Assembly: GCA_965198225.1 (NCBI GenBank)
Contig: CBDAOY010000008.1
Location: 832,001 to 896,000, forward strand
Length of the DNA stretch: 64,000 bases
From: Terriglobia bacterium
Lineage (GTDB): Bacteria; Acidobacteriota; Terriglobia; 20CM-2-55-15
Reading direction: 5' to 3'
Made by a program: the position numbers and the translations under genes. The notes beneath the pieces were generated by a model. That model was given only the letters and a program-made list of their open reading frames with translations. It was not told where the DNA came from and searched no databases. Shown here in pieces: positions 1 through 8,883 of this stretch (position 1 is the stretch's first letter; each line of letters starts with the position of its first letter).

Positions 1-1392
1 GTAAACCGGGTCGGAATAGTAAGCTGGCCGCGAGGTCAACTGCTCGGGCGGATCGGATCGATCCGCCGCCACCCGGAAGATGTGGCCGCCCTGGCTGGAC
101 CAGGTGGCGTAGGCGACATGTTCGCCGTCCGGGGACCATGTCGGCATGAACTCGCCAGCTTCGGAATCGGTCAGTCGCTCAGGGGTTCCCAGAGGAACGT
201 CCATGATCCAGATTTTGTTGAGTGCCGTGAAGACCACGCGGTTGCCGTCCGGGGAAAGAGACGTCCACCGAATCAGCCGCGCCCGCACGTTGTCGCTGTC
301 CTCGATGCGGCTCTCGAAGATAACGCGTGGTCCGATCTCCGCCTTCACTTCCGCGGTGAAGGAGATATCGCTGATTTCTCCGGAGAAAAAGTCGACCCGC
401 TTGATCTTGCCGTCAACGGGAACAATCAGGGACTCTCCGTCGGGCATGAAGGCGTAGCCGGGCATCGTGTCCCGGCTGGCGACCGATTCCTGGTCGTCGC
501 GGGTCACCGGGTAGGCGAGCCATCGCTCTTCACTGGTCTCGAGGTCGCGAACTCGCAGGCCGGTCCCGGTCTCAAACCGGGTTGCATAGACCAGATAGCG
601 GCCGTCGGGAGACAGGAGCGGACGCATGGCGCTGCCCTGAGCGTTGGTGAGGGTCGACGTTTCGCTGGTTTCCCGGTCGAAGCGCACGATCTGCCAGATC
701 GGAAAAGTGGCGTTGTAGTTGAACAGCCCGTTCCGCTGGGCGTAGTAGATGTACCGCCCGTCTGGAGCGGCGGCGCCGCCGAGCTTGTTCTGGCGCGTTG
801 GGCGCGGTCCGTCCGAACCCGGGGAAGGCGGCGGAGGGGGCGGGGGCCCGATGTCGATGCCGGAACCTCCGTCCTTGTGATACATGCGAAGCGAATAAGT
901 GTTGATCCCGTTGCCCGAACGCGAGGCGATGACGTAGTCCCCGTCGGAAGTCCACGAGGGAGAGATGAAGTGCTGATGGCGTCCCTTGGTCAATGCCCGC
1001 GGATTACTGCCGTCCGCGTCGGCGAGCCACAGGTTGTCCGCGCCGCTCCGGTCGCTGACAAAGACGATCGTTTCCCCATCGGGAGAGAACCGCGGTTGCG
1101 CCTCGAAAGAGATCCCACCGACTATCTGGGCGGCATCACCGCCGCCGATCGGCAGGGTGTAGACGTCGCCCAGGAGATCGAAGACGATCGTTTCCCCGTC
1201 CGATGAAACATCCAACGACATCCACGTGCCCTCGTCGGTCGTGAATTCGATCGTGTCCGACGCCTCGAGAGGCAGCGTTTCTTCCTTTTTCTCTTCGTCG
1301 TCGAGGGCCGGCTCATCCTGTGAAAAGGCCGCCACCGGGAAGGCAACCGCGAAAACGAGGGACAGTGCCCAGACAGGGAATGGACGCGACAT
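1..1392 (-). CDS. Secreted TolB/PD40 beta-propeller protein, probably of the PD40 + amidohydrolase family (3' end runs off the window)
   Basis: Manual translation from ATG 1392 (SD GGAG): signal peptide, then TIEFTTDEGTWMSLDVSSDGETIVFDLLGDVYTLP...QPRFSPDGETIVFVSDRSG (PD40 repeats). Not listed in the ORF track, presumably because it runs off the window. Confidence 0.8.
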   Translation of the reverse strand, partial: MSRPFPVWALSLVFAVAFPVAAFSQDEPALDDEEKKEETLPLEASDTIEFTTDEGTWMSLDVSSDGETIVFDLLGDVYTLPIGGGDAAQIVGGISFEAQPRFSPDGETIVFVSDRSGADNLWLADADGSNPRALTKGRHQHFISPSWTSDGDYVIASRSGNGINTYSLRMYHKDGGSGIDIGPPPPPPPSPGSDGPRPTRQNKLGGAAAPDGRYIYYAQRNGLFNYNATFPIWQIVRFDRETSETSTLTNAQGSAMRPLLSPDGRYLVYATRFETGTGLRVRDLETSEERWLAYPVTRDDQESVASRDTMPGYAFMPDGESLIVPVDGKIKRVDFFSGEISDISFTAEVKAEIGPRVIFESRIEDSDNVRARLIRWTSLSPDGNRVVFTALNKIWIMDVPLGTPERLTDSEAGEFMPTWSPDGEHVAYATWSSQGGHIFRVAADRSDPPEQLTSRPAYYSDPVY

Positions 1393-1491
1393 GGTACTCC
1401 TCCTGATTCGATCGGTGATCGAGAGTATCCGACGAGGATAAGGGATTCGGGGAATGGGGCGAAGTGTAAATGTGTTTCGGAAGAACCACCC

Positions 1492-1533
1492 AACTCCCCT
1501 CCTCAGATGAGGAGAGGTGGCGCGAAGCGCCGG
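1492..1533. repeat. REP-like family A unit (CCCCTCCTC-AGAT-GAGGAGGGG hairpin + GGCGC-GAA-GCGCC hairpin)
   Basis: Near-identical to copies at about 2956, 11214, 15271-15569 and 45340-45445. Confidence 0.85.
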
Positions 1534-1820
1534 TCAGATCAAGCGGACCCAGCCGGATTGTTCGAAGCAGATCTAGTGACGATAATCTGCCGCCGAAAGG
1601 CTCATGAAGCGCGTCCTTGTGGGTCTTCAGGAGGGTACCCCTCAGAGGTTCTCCCATGGATCAGCTCTGAACCGACGCATCCGCCAGATGGGCGGCAACC
1701 CCGGCACGACGGCGGCGCGCCATCAGAGTGGACCCGCGGGTGACGCCCGGACATGAATAGATGCACTTAAGGATCGAGCGTTAGTGGGGTAAACTGTGCC
1801 GCTGGCGCCCTGGTCCCACT

Positions 1821-2243
1821 ATGTTCGAGACGCGGATCCAAACGTACTGGGCCGATTCCGATGCCGCGGGAATTGCCTATCATTCCCACTTCTTTCGCTT
1901 TGTCGAGTTTGCGGAAGAGGATCTGTTTCGGGCCTATGGAAGGGAGCGGCAGGAGCTGCTCGATGAGAATCAAGTGTGGCTCCCCCGCGTCGAGTCCTTC
2001 GCGAGGTTCGTCAAGCCCATCCGTGTCGGTGATGCGATTCGCATCCGGCTGAAGGTCGAGTTCGAAGGACTGAAGACGGTCAAGTGCGGCTTCGAGGTGC
2101 TGGGAGAGGAATCCGACGACGTCCTCTCGAAAGGATACGTCACGATTGCCTGCGTGAACCGGGCAACATTCAAAGCGAGACCGCTGCCGGATTCGATTCG
2201 GGAGGCATTCAAACTGGCGGCCGACCCAGAATTACTGAAGTAG
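1821..2243 (+). CDS. Acyl-CoA thioesterase (4HBT/YbgC family)
   Basis: YWADSDAAGIAYHSHFFRFVE hot-dog-fold motif, 140 aa. Confidence 0.85.
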   Translation: MFETRIQTYWADSDAAGIAYHSHFFRFVEFAEEDLFRAYGRERQELLDENQVWLPRVESFARFVKPIRVGDAIRIRLKVEFEGLKTVKCGFEVLGEESDDVLSKGYVTIACVNRATFKARPLPDSIREAFKLAADPELLK

Positions 2244-2931
2244 CGTGTTCCGTCGGCTTGAATGAGTGAAGTTCGGCGACTCCGCCGGTCTCGGGCGCCC
2301 GCGATCCGTGCCGGTTGAACCACACGGGCCGGATGCCTGCCGCTATCGCACCCTCTACGTCGATCTCCCAGGCATCCCCGACCATCACCGACTGCTCGAC
2401 CCGGTGCCCGTTCCGCTCCAGGGCGGCGTGGAATATTCCCGGATCGGGCTTGGCAAGGCCGGTTTCTTCCGAGGTGACCATGAAATCGACCAGGGAATCG
2501 AGCCCGCAGTCTGAGAGCTTCCCGCGCTGTTCGGCGACGAAGTTGTTGGTCACGATCCCGATGGCGGCATGCTCCCGGAGTTCGGTGAGCAGTTCGATCG
2601 TCCCTTCAACCGCCTGTCGAGAGGATCGGTAGACGCTCCGATACCGTCTGCCGAGTCGGGTGATTTCATCCTCGTCCACTTCGACGTGGTAGGAGCCCAG
2701 CAGCAGCCGAAATCGCTCGAGACGTCCTTCGTCCTGGGTCAGAATCCCGGCAAGCACCCGGGCGTGAGTCTCGTTGAGGATCTCAAAAGCCCTTTTTTCG
2801 AGGTCCGACAGGGCGACCGCGGCCAGCCCGCCGCATTCGGCCTGCAGGGCGCTCAGACCACTCCGGCTCGAGTGGCGGTGGTCGAAAAGGGTTTCGTCGA
2901 GGTCGAACAGGACTAGAGAGGGTCGGATCAT
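2209..2931 (-). CDS. HAD-superfamily hydrolase (YjjG/YigB-like)
   Basis: FDLDETL, IVTNN, KPDPGIF and MVGD motifs. Confidence 0.85.
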   Translation of the reverse strand: MIRPSLVLFDLDETLFDHRHSSRSGLSALQAECGGLAAVALSDLEKRAFEILNETHARVLAGILTQDEGRLERFRLLLGSYHVEVDEDEITRLGRRYRSVYRSSRQAVEGTIELLTELREHAAIGIVTNNFVAEQRGKLSDCGLDSLVDFMVTSEETGLAKPDPGIFHAALERNGHRVEQSVMVGDAWEIDVEGAIAAGIRPVWFNRHGSRAPETGGVAELHSFKPTEHATSVILGRPPV

Positions 2932-2955
2932 CCTTCGGATTATATCAACCACCCC

Positions 2956-3047
2956 AAACTCCCCTCCTCAGATGAGGAGGGGTGGCGCGAAGCGCAGGGT
3001 GGTGCTGACCAAGAAGAATCACCCCTCTGCGTCTGCGGATGGGGAGT
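2956..3047. repeat. REP-like family A unit plus a partial second unit
   Basis: AAACTCCCCTCCTCAGATGAGGAGGGGTGGCGCGAAGCGCAGGGTGGTGCTGACCAA. Confidence 0.85.
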
Positions 3048-3102
3048 CTGGTTGCGCGGCTTCTCGGAAAATGCGATGCTGCGTGTTTCGCGAGACCACC
3101 TG

Positions 3103-4347
3103 ATGCCAGCCAAGAACTCCATCGTCAGCATCCGTAAGACCCTCGATCTGGCGGGACAGGAATTGAAGATCCTGCACCAGATCAGTCACTCGATCAGCTG
3201 CAGCCTGGATCTCGACAAGGTATTGAAGGAGATCATCGAGCTCGTAGTCGATGTCACGAAGTGTGACTCCTGCTTGCTCTATCTACTCGACGAAAACGAA
3301 CCTTACCTGTTCCTGAGGGCATCCAAGAACCCCCACCCGCGACTGATCGGGAGGATATCGGTCAAAGTCGGCGAAGGGATAACCGGATGGGTGGCCGAGA
3401 ACGCCGAACTGGTGGCGATTTCGAAGAATGCGAGCAAGGATCCTCGATTTCGAGTCTTCAGCAACCTGCCAGAGGACCGTTACGAGTCTTTTCTGTCGGC
3501 ACCCATCATTGCTCCGACCGAACGTGTCACCGGAGTCATCAACGTTCAGCACCGAAAATCGCACCGTCATTCTGAGAAAGAGAAGACGCTGATCTCGATC
3601 ATCGGACACCAGGTGGGTGGGGCGATCGAGAACGCCCGACTGTACGAGGAAACGAAACGGCAGACGCAACAGCTCTCGACACTGTCGCGGGTCAGCCAGC
3701 TCGCCGCGTCAGGGAAGTACTTGGACGAGATGCTGCAACTGATCGCGAACCTGACTGCTGAAACGATGCAGGCACGTCTCTGTTCGATCATGCTGGTGGA
3801 CAAGAAAAAGAATGAGCTCATCCTGAAGGCTGCCCAGTGCTCGAGTGAGGAATACTGGCAGCGTCCGAACCTGAAGATCGGAAAGAGCCTCGTCAGCAGG
3901 GTGGTCAAGGCGGGCAAACCGCTGATGGTCAAAGATGTCACGAAGGAAGCCGGCTACCGGTATCCGGAGCTGGCGAAGAAGGAAGGCGTTCGTTCGCTTC
4001 TTTCGGTACCGATGATCGCCAAGGACACGGTCATCGGGGTGATTAACGTCTATTCGGGCGAAGCGAAAGTTTTCTCTGAAGACGACTTGCGGGTGCTCAC
4101 TACGGTGTGCGACCAGGCCGCCCTGGCCATCGAGAACACCCAGTTAGCGGTCGCGATCCAGGAAAGGGAGGAGGCGCTCGCAGCCCGAAAAATCGTCGAC
4201 CGCGCTAAGAGCATCCTGCAACGCCAATTGGAGCTTTCAGAGGATGAGGCCTACCGGCGACTGCGCCAGCAGAGTATGAAGACACGTCGGACGATGCGGG
4301 AGATCGCCGAAGCGGTCATTCTTTCCAGTGAGATGCAGTCACCTTGA
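3103..4347 (+). CDS. GAF-GAF-ANTAR domain RNA-binding regulator
   Basis: Two GAF domains (GEGITGWVA...FLSAPI; RSLLSVPMI...GVINVY) and a C-terminal ANTAR (RKIVDRAKSILQ...SEDEAYRRLRQQSMKTRRTMREIAEAVI). Start uncertain (3052, 3076 or 3103). Confidence 0.85.
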   Translation: MPAKNSIVSIRKTLDLAGQELKILHQISHSISCSLDLDKVLKEIIELVVDVTKCDSCLLYLLDENEPYLFLRASKNPHPRLIGRISVKVGEGITGWVAENAELVAISKNASKDPRFRVFSNLPEDRYESFLSAPIIAPTERVTGVINVQHRKSHRHSEKEKTLISIIGHQVGGAIENARLYEETKRQTQQLSTLSRVSQLAASGKYLDEMLQLIANLTAETMQARLCSIMLVDKKKNELILKAAQCSSEEYWQRPNLKIGKSLVSRVVKAGKPLMVKDVTKEAGYRYPELAKKEGVRSLLSVPMIAKDTVIGVINVYSGEAKVFSEDDLRVLTTVCDQAALAIENTQLAVAIQEREEALAARKIVDRAKSILQRQLELSEDEAYRRLRQQSMKTRRTMREIAEAVILSSEMQSP

Positions 4348-4644
4348 TTCGGGTCGAGCCGGCGCCGAAGCGCCCACCAGGCTCTGAAGCTCTTCCTCGT
4401 AGTACTTGCGGTAGAGGATGTCCCACTCCTCGCCGCCTTCGGGAATGGTTTTCGTCTGGGATTCAATCTTCAGCCGCGCCGCCTGGTACATCTCCGACTC
4501 TTTCTTGAGCCACTTGTTGAGGACCTCCAGTGCAACCAGGCGAATCGTGTTCCGGTCTTCGTAGAACGTGACCTCATCGATTTCCGCCAGCGTATCTGCG
4601 ACACGGTGAGATAGAAGGTTGATCTTGTCCCTGGAGAGCCGCAT
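4339..4644 (-). CDS. DUF507 family protein
   Basis: MRLSRDKINLLSH...IPEGGEEWDILYRKYYEEEL signature. Confidence 0.75.
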   Translation of the reverse strand: MRLSRDKINLLSHRVADTLAEIDEVTFYEDRNTIRLVALEVLNKWLKKESEMYQAARLKIESQTKTIPEGGEEWDILYRKYYEEELQSLVGASAPARPESR

Positions 4645-4646
4645 GA

Positions 4647-4925
4647 CTACAAGACCAGTTTCCGCTCGCGAACGAGCTTTTTCTTGATCAGCTTGAACAT
4701 TTCCTGGTAGGACGCACCGCTCTCGCGCATCTGGTTCGAGTATTCGCTAAGAAGCACGCGGACCTCGTCGTTCAGACGGTCTTCGAGAGTCACCTCTTCC
4801 TGCAGGGCGTCAAAAATGGAATCGGTCAGGGAAAAGTCGTCGGCCACCTCGATCACGCCGCGATCGAGGAGCTCATCGGTGACCTTTTCGGCAAGCAGGT
4901 TGACGAATTCAGTTCGGAGTGCCAT
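4647..4925 (-). CDS. DUF507 family protein (paralog)
   Basis: EDRLNDEVR...YQEMFKLIKKKLVRERKLVL; tandem with its paralog. Confidence 0.75.
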   Translation of the reverse strand: MALRTEFVNLLAEKVTDELLDRGVIEVADDFSLTDSIFDALQEEVTLEDRLNDEVRVLLSEYSNQMRESGASYQEMFKLIKKKLVRERKLVL

Positions 4926-4962
4926 AGGCTATATACAATCTTCCGCCAGAGCTGACCTTCTA

Positions 4963-5113
4963 ATCTCCCACAACTCGTGAGCTTTTTCAACCGAGCGGGC
5001 GTGTAGGTGCGGTCTAGGACCGGAACCATTCATTAGCGTCGGGCCCACCGTCCCCCTCCCGACGAAGACTTGAGCGTTCAAGTACCGATCGCAGAGCGCG
5101 CGTGCGTGGAGAA
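4963..5113 (-). ncRNA. ssrS: Probable 6S RNA
   Basis: About 150 nt without an ORF, with ends that can pair (UCUCCACGC...GUUGUGGGAGA). Internal UACUUGAACG, GGGAG, CGCACCUAC and CGGUUGAAAA blocks resemble conserved 6S segments. Not confirmed by a covariance model. Confidence 0.55.
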
Positions 5114-5157
5114 AGACAGCTGGTCCGGTCCCCCCACGCCTCCCTCAAGCCGGAACA

Positions 5158-5184
5158 GTGTGCGGTCATAGACCGCACCTACAC
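5158..5184. repeat. GTAG-type REP (family B)
   Basis: Reverse complement is GTGTAG-GTGCGGTC-TAT-GACCGCAC; other copies at 23149-23224 and 47291-47359. Confidence 0.85.
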
Positions 5185-5199
5185 TTGCCGAGATCGGCT

Positions 5200-6531
5200 T
5201 CAGGAAACGGGTCCGGCCGGTGAAGCGGCGGAACTCGACGGTCCAGTTGCAGCGGCCATGGCGGGCTCGGCGAGGATACCGGTTTCACCTTCGGTTCGGG
5301 CTATGATCACGGCGCCGCATGAATCGCTGAAGACATTGATCGAGGTCCGAACCATATCCAGGAGACGGTCCGTGACAAGGATCAGGCCGATCGCTTCGAC
5401 GGGCAGGCCGATCGCCGTCAGGATGATCGTGATCGCAACCAGACTGGCTGCGGGTATGCCCGCTACCCCGATCGACGTTATCAGAGCCGTAAAAACTATC
5501 GTGAACTGCGTCACAAAACCCAGTTCGATGCCGTAGGCCTGGGCAATAAACATGGCGGCAACACACTCGTAGAGGGCGGTACCGTCCATGTTGACCGTCG
5601 CGCCGAGCGGAAGGACGAAACTGGTGACGCGATTGGACACCCCGGCTTTCTTCTCGACAGATTCCATGGTGAGCGGCAGCGTCGCCGATGATGAGGCGGT
5701 GGAGAACGCCGTCAACATCGCCGGCGACATCGCGCGGTAGTGGCGCCAGGGGTTGACCCTTCCGATGAAATAGAGCAGCAGCGGCAGGGTGATCAACGTG
5801 TGTCCGAGCAGGCTGAACAATGCGGTGAAGAAGAAGGCCAGGAGGGGGAGAAATGCCTCAAACCCGGTCTGGGTTACCTCTTCGGCGACGAGACCGAACA
5901 CCCCCAGTGGAGTGAACATCATCACCCACATCGTGATCCGCATCATGGTTTCGAAGACCCCATTCGCGAAACGTTGCATTGTCTCCGAAAAGTCTGTGTG
6001 GATTTGGTTGAGGAAATACCCGAACAGGATACTGAAGAAGATCAGGCCGAGCATCTGCCCGTTGGCTGCGGCTGCGACGATGTTGGTGGGAACCATGCGG
6101 AGAAACAGCCCCGCCAGGTCGCCGGCGCCCCGTCCTTCGAACTGCGCAGCGAGCTCTTCCGAATCCTCCTGGAGGCCGAGGCGCTCGCCCGCCGGCTGTC
6201 CGTTGATGATGCCCGGCGTGACGATGTTGACGACGGTCAGGCCCAGAAAAATAGCCAAAAGGCTCGTCGCGATGTAGTAACCCGCGGTCTTGGCGCCGAG
6301 GCGGCCCAGGTCGCTGCCCGAACCCAGGCCCGCGACCCCACTGATGATCGAGGACATGATCAGGGGAACGATCAACATACGCAGGGCGTTGAGGAACATG
6401 GTCCCCATGAAATCGTAGACGCTCAGGAGCGGCACTCCCAGAAAGGTCGATTCCGGGTCGGTCGCCAGTCCGGCCAGCGCGGCCAGGACGATGGCGATCA
6501 GGATTTGCCAGTGCAGCTTCAGTTTGCCCAT
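5200..6531 (-). CDS. Dicarboxylate/amino acid:cation symporter (GltP/DAACS family)
   Basis: AFSTASSSATLP, LPLGATVNMDGTALY and DRLLDMVRTSINV motifs. Confidence 0.93.
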   Translation of the reverse strand: MGKLKLHWQILIAIVLAALAGLATDPESTFLGVPLLSVYDFMGTMFLNALRMLIVPLIMSSIISGVAGLGSGSDLGRLGAKTAGYYIATSLLAIFLGLTVVNIVTPGIINGQPAGERLGLQEDSEELAAQFEGRGAGDLAGLFLRMVPTNIVAAAANGQMLGLIFFSILFGYFLNQIHTDFSETMQRFANGVFETMMRITMWVMMFTPLGVFGLVAEEVTQTGFEAFLPLLAFFFTALFSLLGHTLITLPLLLYFIGRVNPWRHYRAMSPAMLTAFSTASSSATLPLTMESVEKKAGVSNRVTSFVLPLGATVNMDGTALYECVAAMFIAQAYGIELGFVTQFTIVFTALITSIGVAGIPAASLVAITIILTAIGLPVEAIGLILVTDRLLDMVRTSINVFSDSCGAVIIARTEGETGILAEPAMAAATGPSSSAASPAGPVS

Positions 6532-6612
6532 GCGCTTCTCCTGCTTTGTTCCAACGGATGGTCGAATCTTATCGGAGATTCCCGGGGCGGGTCAATCGGG
6601 GCATGCGCGCTG

Positions 6613-6765
6613 TTAGCGCAGTTTGTTCGTCGTCTTTCCAGGGCGCCGGCCTTCGAGCTGTGCAACGGACAGACCGCCGGCGGCGCAGCATCCGGGCGAG
6701 TGATCGTAGTATTCCTTCAGAAAAGAGTTGATCGCCCTGAAGATCTTCTTGAGCCGTGCCAGCAT
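6613..6765 (-). CDS. Putative leaderless 50-aa small protein
   Basis: MLARLKKIFRAINSFLKEYYDHSPGCCAAGGLSVAQLEGRRPGKTTNKLR; extended -10 TGcTAAAAT (6780-6772) ends 6 nt before the ATG. Confidence 0.5.
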   Translation of the reverse strand: MLARLKKIFRAINSFLKEYYDHSPGCCAAGGLSVAQLEGRRPGKTTNKLR

Positions 6766-6793
6766 GCAATGATTTTAGCACGCCGAGTGACTG

Positions 6794-6974
6794 GTGGCCT
6801 GTAACGGAGATATCGGTACCAGCGTTCCGCCGCAACCCTCCGGGCCGATGGGGGTTGGGGTCGATCTCTTTGTCGTTCGTTGTCATGATGAAACCGCATC
6901 AATTCCTCCTCTCTCCTCGACCTCGACTGGCAAGACCCATCGGCGATGGTGCCGAGATCTCCGTTACAGGCCAC
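6794..6974. mobile_element. 181-bp MITE-like element with 31-bp terminal inverted repeats
   Basis: 6794-6824 and 6944-6974 are inverted repeats (28/31 match); a third end copy lies at 54118-54133. Confidence 0.65.
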
Positions 6975-7083
6975 GGGTTTCGCTCCGTTGAAACAACGAG
7001 ATCTCACGGTCTCATTGGCAAACCAAACCCGCTGCCCGACGTCAAATTCGGAGTGAGCTGCCTTAATTCCCCGGGAGGTGCGT

Positions 7084-7701
7084 ATGCGACGTGAATGGAT
7101 GCCTTTTGCGACATTGACTTTCCTGATTCCTCTGGTGTTTTCTGCAGTTGCTACCGGAGCCCAGTCCGGAGAATTGCAATACCGCGTACTGGCCACGAAG
7201 AAAACCTCAACGATGGAAAAGGAGCTCAACGAGCTGGCTGGCTCCGGTTTCCGGCTGAGGGATGTGATGGGTGGCGAGACCGCGTTCGGCGGCAAAGAGA
7301 CCATTGTGGTCATGACCAGACCCGCCGACGCACCCGCCCAACGGCTATTCGAGTACCGGCTCCTGGCGACTTCGAAGACCTCGACCATGCAACAGGAACT
7401 CCAGGCGGCGGCCGACCTCGGCTTTGACTACGCAGGCCAGACTGTATTCGAAACGTCGTTCGGGGGCGAGGAAGTGGTCGTCATCCTGGAGCGCGACTTG
7501 CAAAAACCGGTGATCAGTCAGGAGTACAAACTGCTCGCCACTTCGAAGACCTCCACGATGGAAAAGGAACTCGGGCAAACGGGCAAGGACGGCTTCATCC
7601 TGGTTGGACTGACCGTGGGGAAGACGAAGTTTGGCGGGCGGGAACTCGTCAGCATCCTCAAGAGGCCGGTCGTCGCCGCGGGTATGCGGGCGCAAGAGTA
7701 A
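7084..7701 (+). CDS. Secreted hypothetical protein with three internal repeats
   Basis: SD GGAGG, signal peptide, 3x (E/Q)Y(R/K)xLATxKTSTM(E/Q)xEL...GF...G(E/K/Q)TxF. Confidence 0.75.
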   Translation: MRREWMPFATLTFLIPLVFSAVATGAQSGELQYRVLATKKTSTMEKELNELAGSGFRLRDVMGGETAFGGKETIVVMTRPADAPAQRLFEYRLLATSKTSTMQQELQAAADLGFDYAGQTVFETSFGGEEVVVILERDLQKPVISQEYKLLATSKTSTMEKELGQTGKDGFILVGLTVGKTKFGGRELVSILKRPVVAAGMRAQE

Positions 7702-7863
7702 CGAGTCTCGAGCGGCTTACTTACCTTCGCGGCGCATTCGAGGCCGGCAGCATGCGAACTTGCCGTCGGGGAAAAACGTTCGGCCAGTTGTGCAACGGGC
7801 GTCGGCTGGTGATAGTATGAGCCGCGTAAAGGCTGCCAGATCGATCCAGACGCCGCGAAGACA

Positions 7864-8883
7864 ATGTCATTCCCGACCGAGCCCCAGGACAATCTTTCCC
7901 ACACGGTCGATCGACTCAACCGCGTCGTGAAGGCCACCAAAGAACTGAATTCCACGCTCGATCTGTCCGAACTCGCGCGGATCATCCTTCGGATCATCCG
8001 CGAAGAGGTGGGTATCGAACGCGGCACCGTTTGGGTCATGACTCCGGGAAGGGTCCACTTGAAGTCTCTGGCCGCACAGGAAGTCGACCAGGAGATTCAG
8101 ATTGCCGTCGGGTCCGGCATCGCCGGCACCGTCGCGCGGGATGGAGGGATCATCGACATTCCGGATGCCTACCAGGACCCGCGCTTCGACCAGAGCTTCG
8201 ACGCTAAACTCGATTTCCGCACCAACGACATTTACTGTATGCCGGTACGCAACCCCGCAGGTGTCGTCGTCGGGGTACTACAGCTGCTCAACCGCAGCCG
8301 GGCACTGACGAAGACTGACGAAGAGTTCCTCGAGGACATATCGGTGCACGTCGGGCTGGCTGTCGAAAACGCCACCCGGCACCTCGAGATCCTGGAAAAG
8401 AAGAGGATCGAACAGCAACTCGAGCTGGCGCGAGAGATCATTCTGATCAAGAGCGTCAGGACGCGGCGATTGGTCGAAGGCGTCCTGCGTTTTCGCTGTC
8501 CGATCTGCCTGGAGGGCCGTGTTTTTACCGGGCTGGTGGGCACCCGGGCTCACTGCGACGACTGTGGGTACGTCTTCGCGCGTGCGCACCACTATTTCGT
8601 GGGATCGGCCATCTTCACCTGGGCGTTGACCCTGGCGATTGCCTTCGGATTGTTTTCCGTCCTGAATTCCGCCGTAACGCTGCCCACCGATCCCTTGATC
8701 CTTGCGATCCTCTTCTTTCCGGCAATCGCGTTCGTTATCTGGTTCTTCCGTACCTGGAGGGTGTTCTGGCTGGCGTTGGATCTTTACGCGAAGCCTCCCA
8801 GGGACAATGACTTCCGTCCGGGGGAGAAGTTGGGGTCGGAGCCAGGCGGCGCGACGCCTCAAGCCCCGGCCTCACAAGGCTAG
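7864..8883 (+). CDS. GAF-domain protein fused in frame to a DUF983-like zinc-ribbon membrane domain
   Basis: GAF (GIAGTVA...DAYQDPRF...GVLQLLN), coiled coil EQQLELAREI, then RCPICLEG...CDDCG and two hydrophobic helices. Confidence 0.7.
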   Translation: MSFPTEPQDNLSHTVDRLNRVVKATKELNSTLDLSELARIILRIIREEVGIERGTVWVMTPGRVHLKSLAAQEVDQEIQIAVGSGIAGTVARDGGIIDIPDAYQDPRFDQSFDAKLDFRTNDIYCMPVRNPAGVVVGVLQLLNRSRALTKTDEEFLEDISVHVGLAVENATRHLEILEKKRIEQQLELAREIILIKSVRTRRLVEGVLRFRCPICLEGRVFTGLVGTRAHCDDCGYVFARAHHYFVGSAIFTWALTLAIAFGLFSVLNSAVTLPTDPLILAILFFPAIAFVIWFFRTWRVFWLALDLYAKPPRDNDFRPGEKLGSEPGGATPQAPASQG

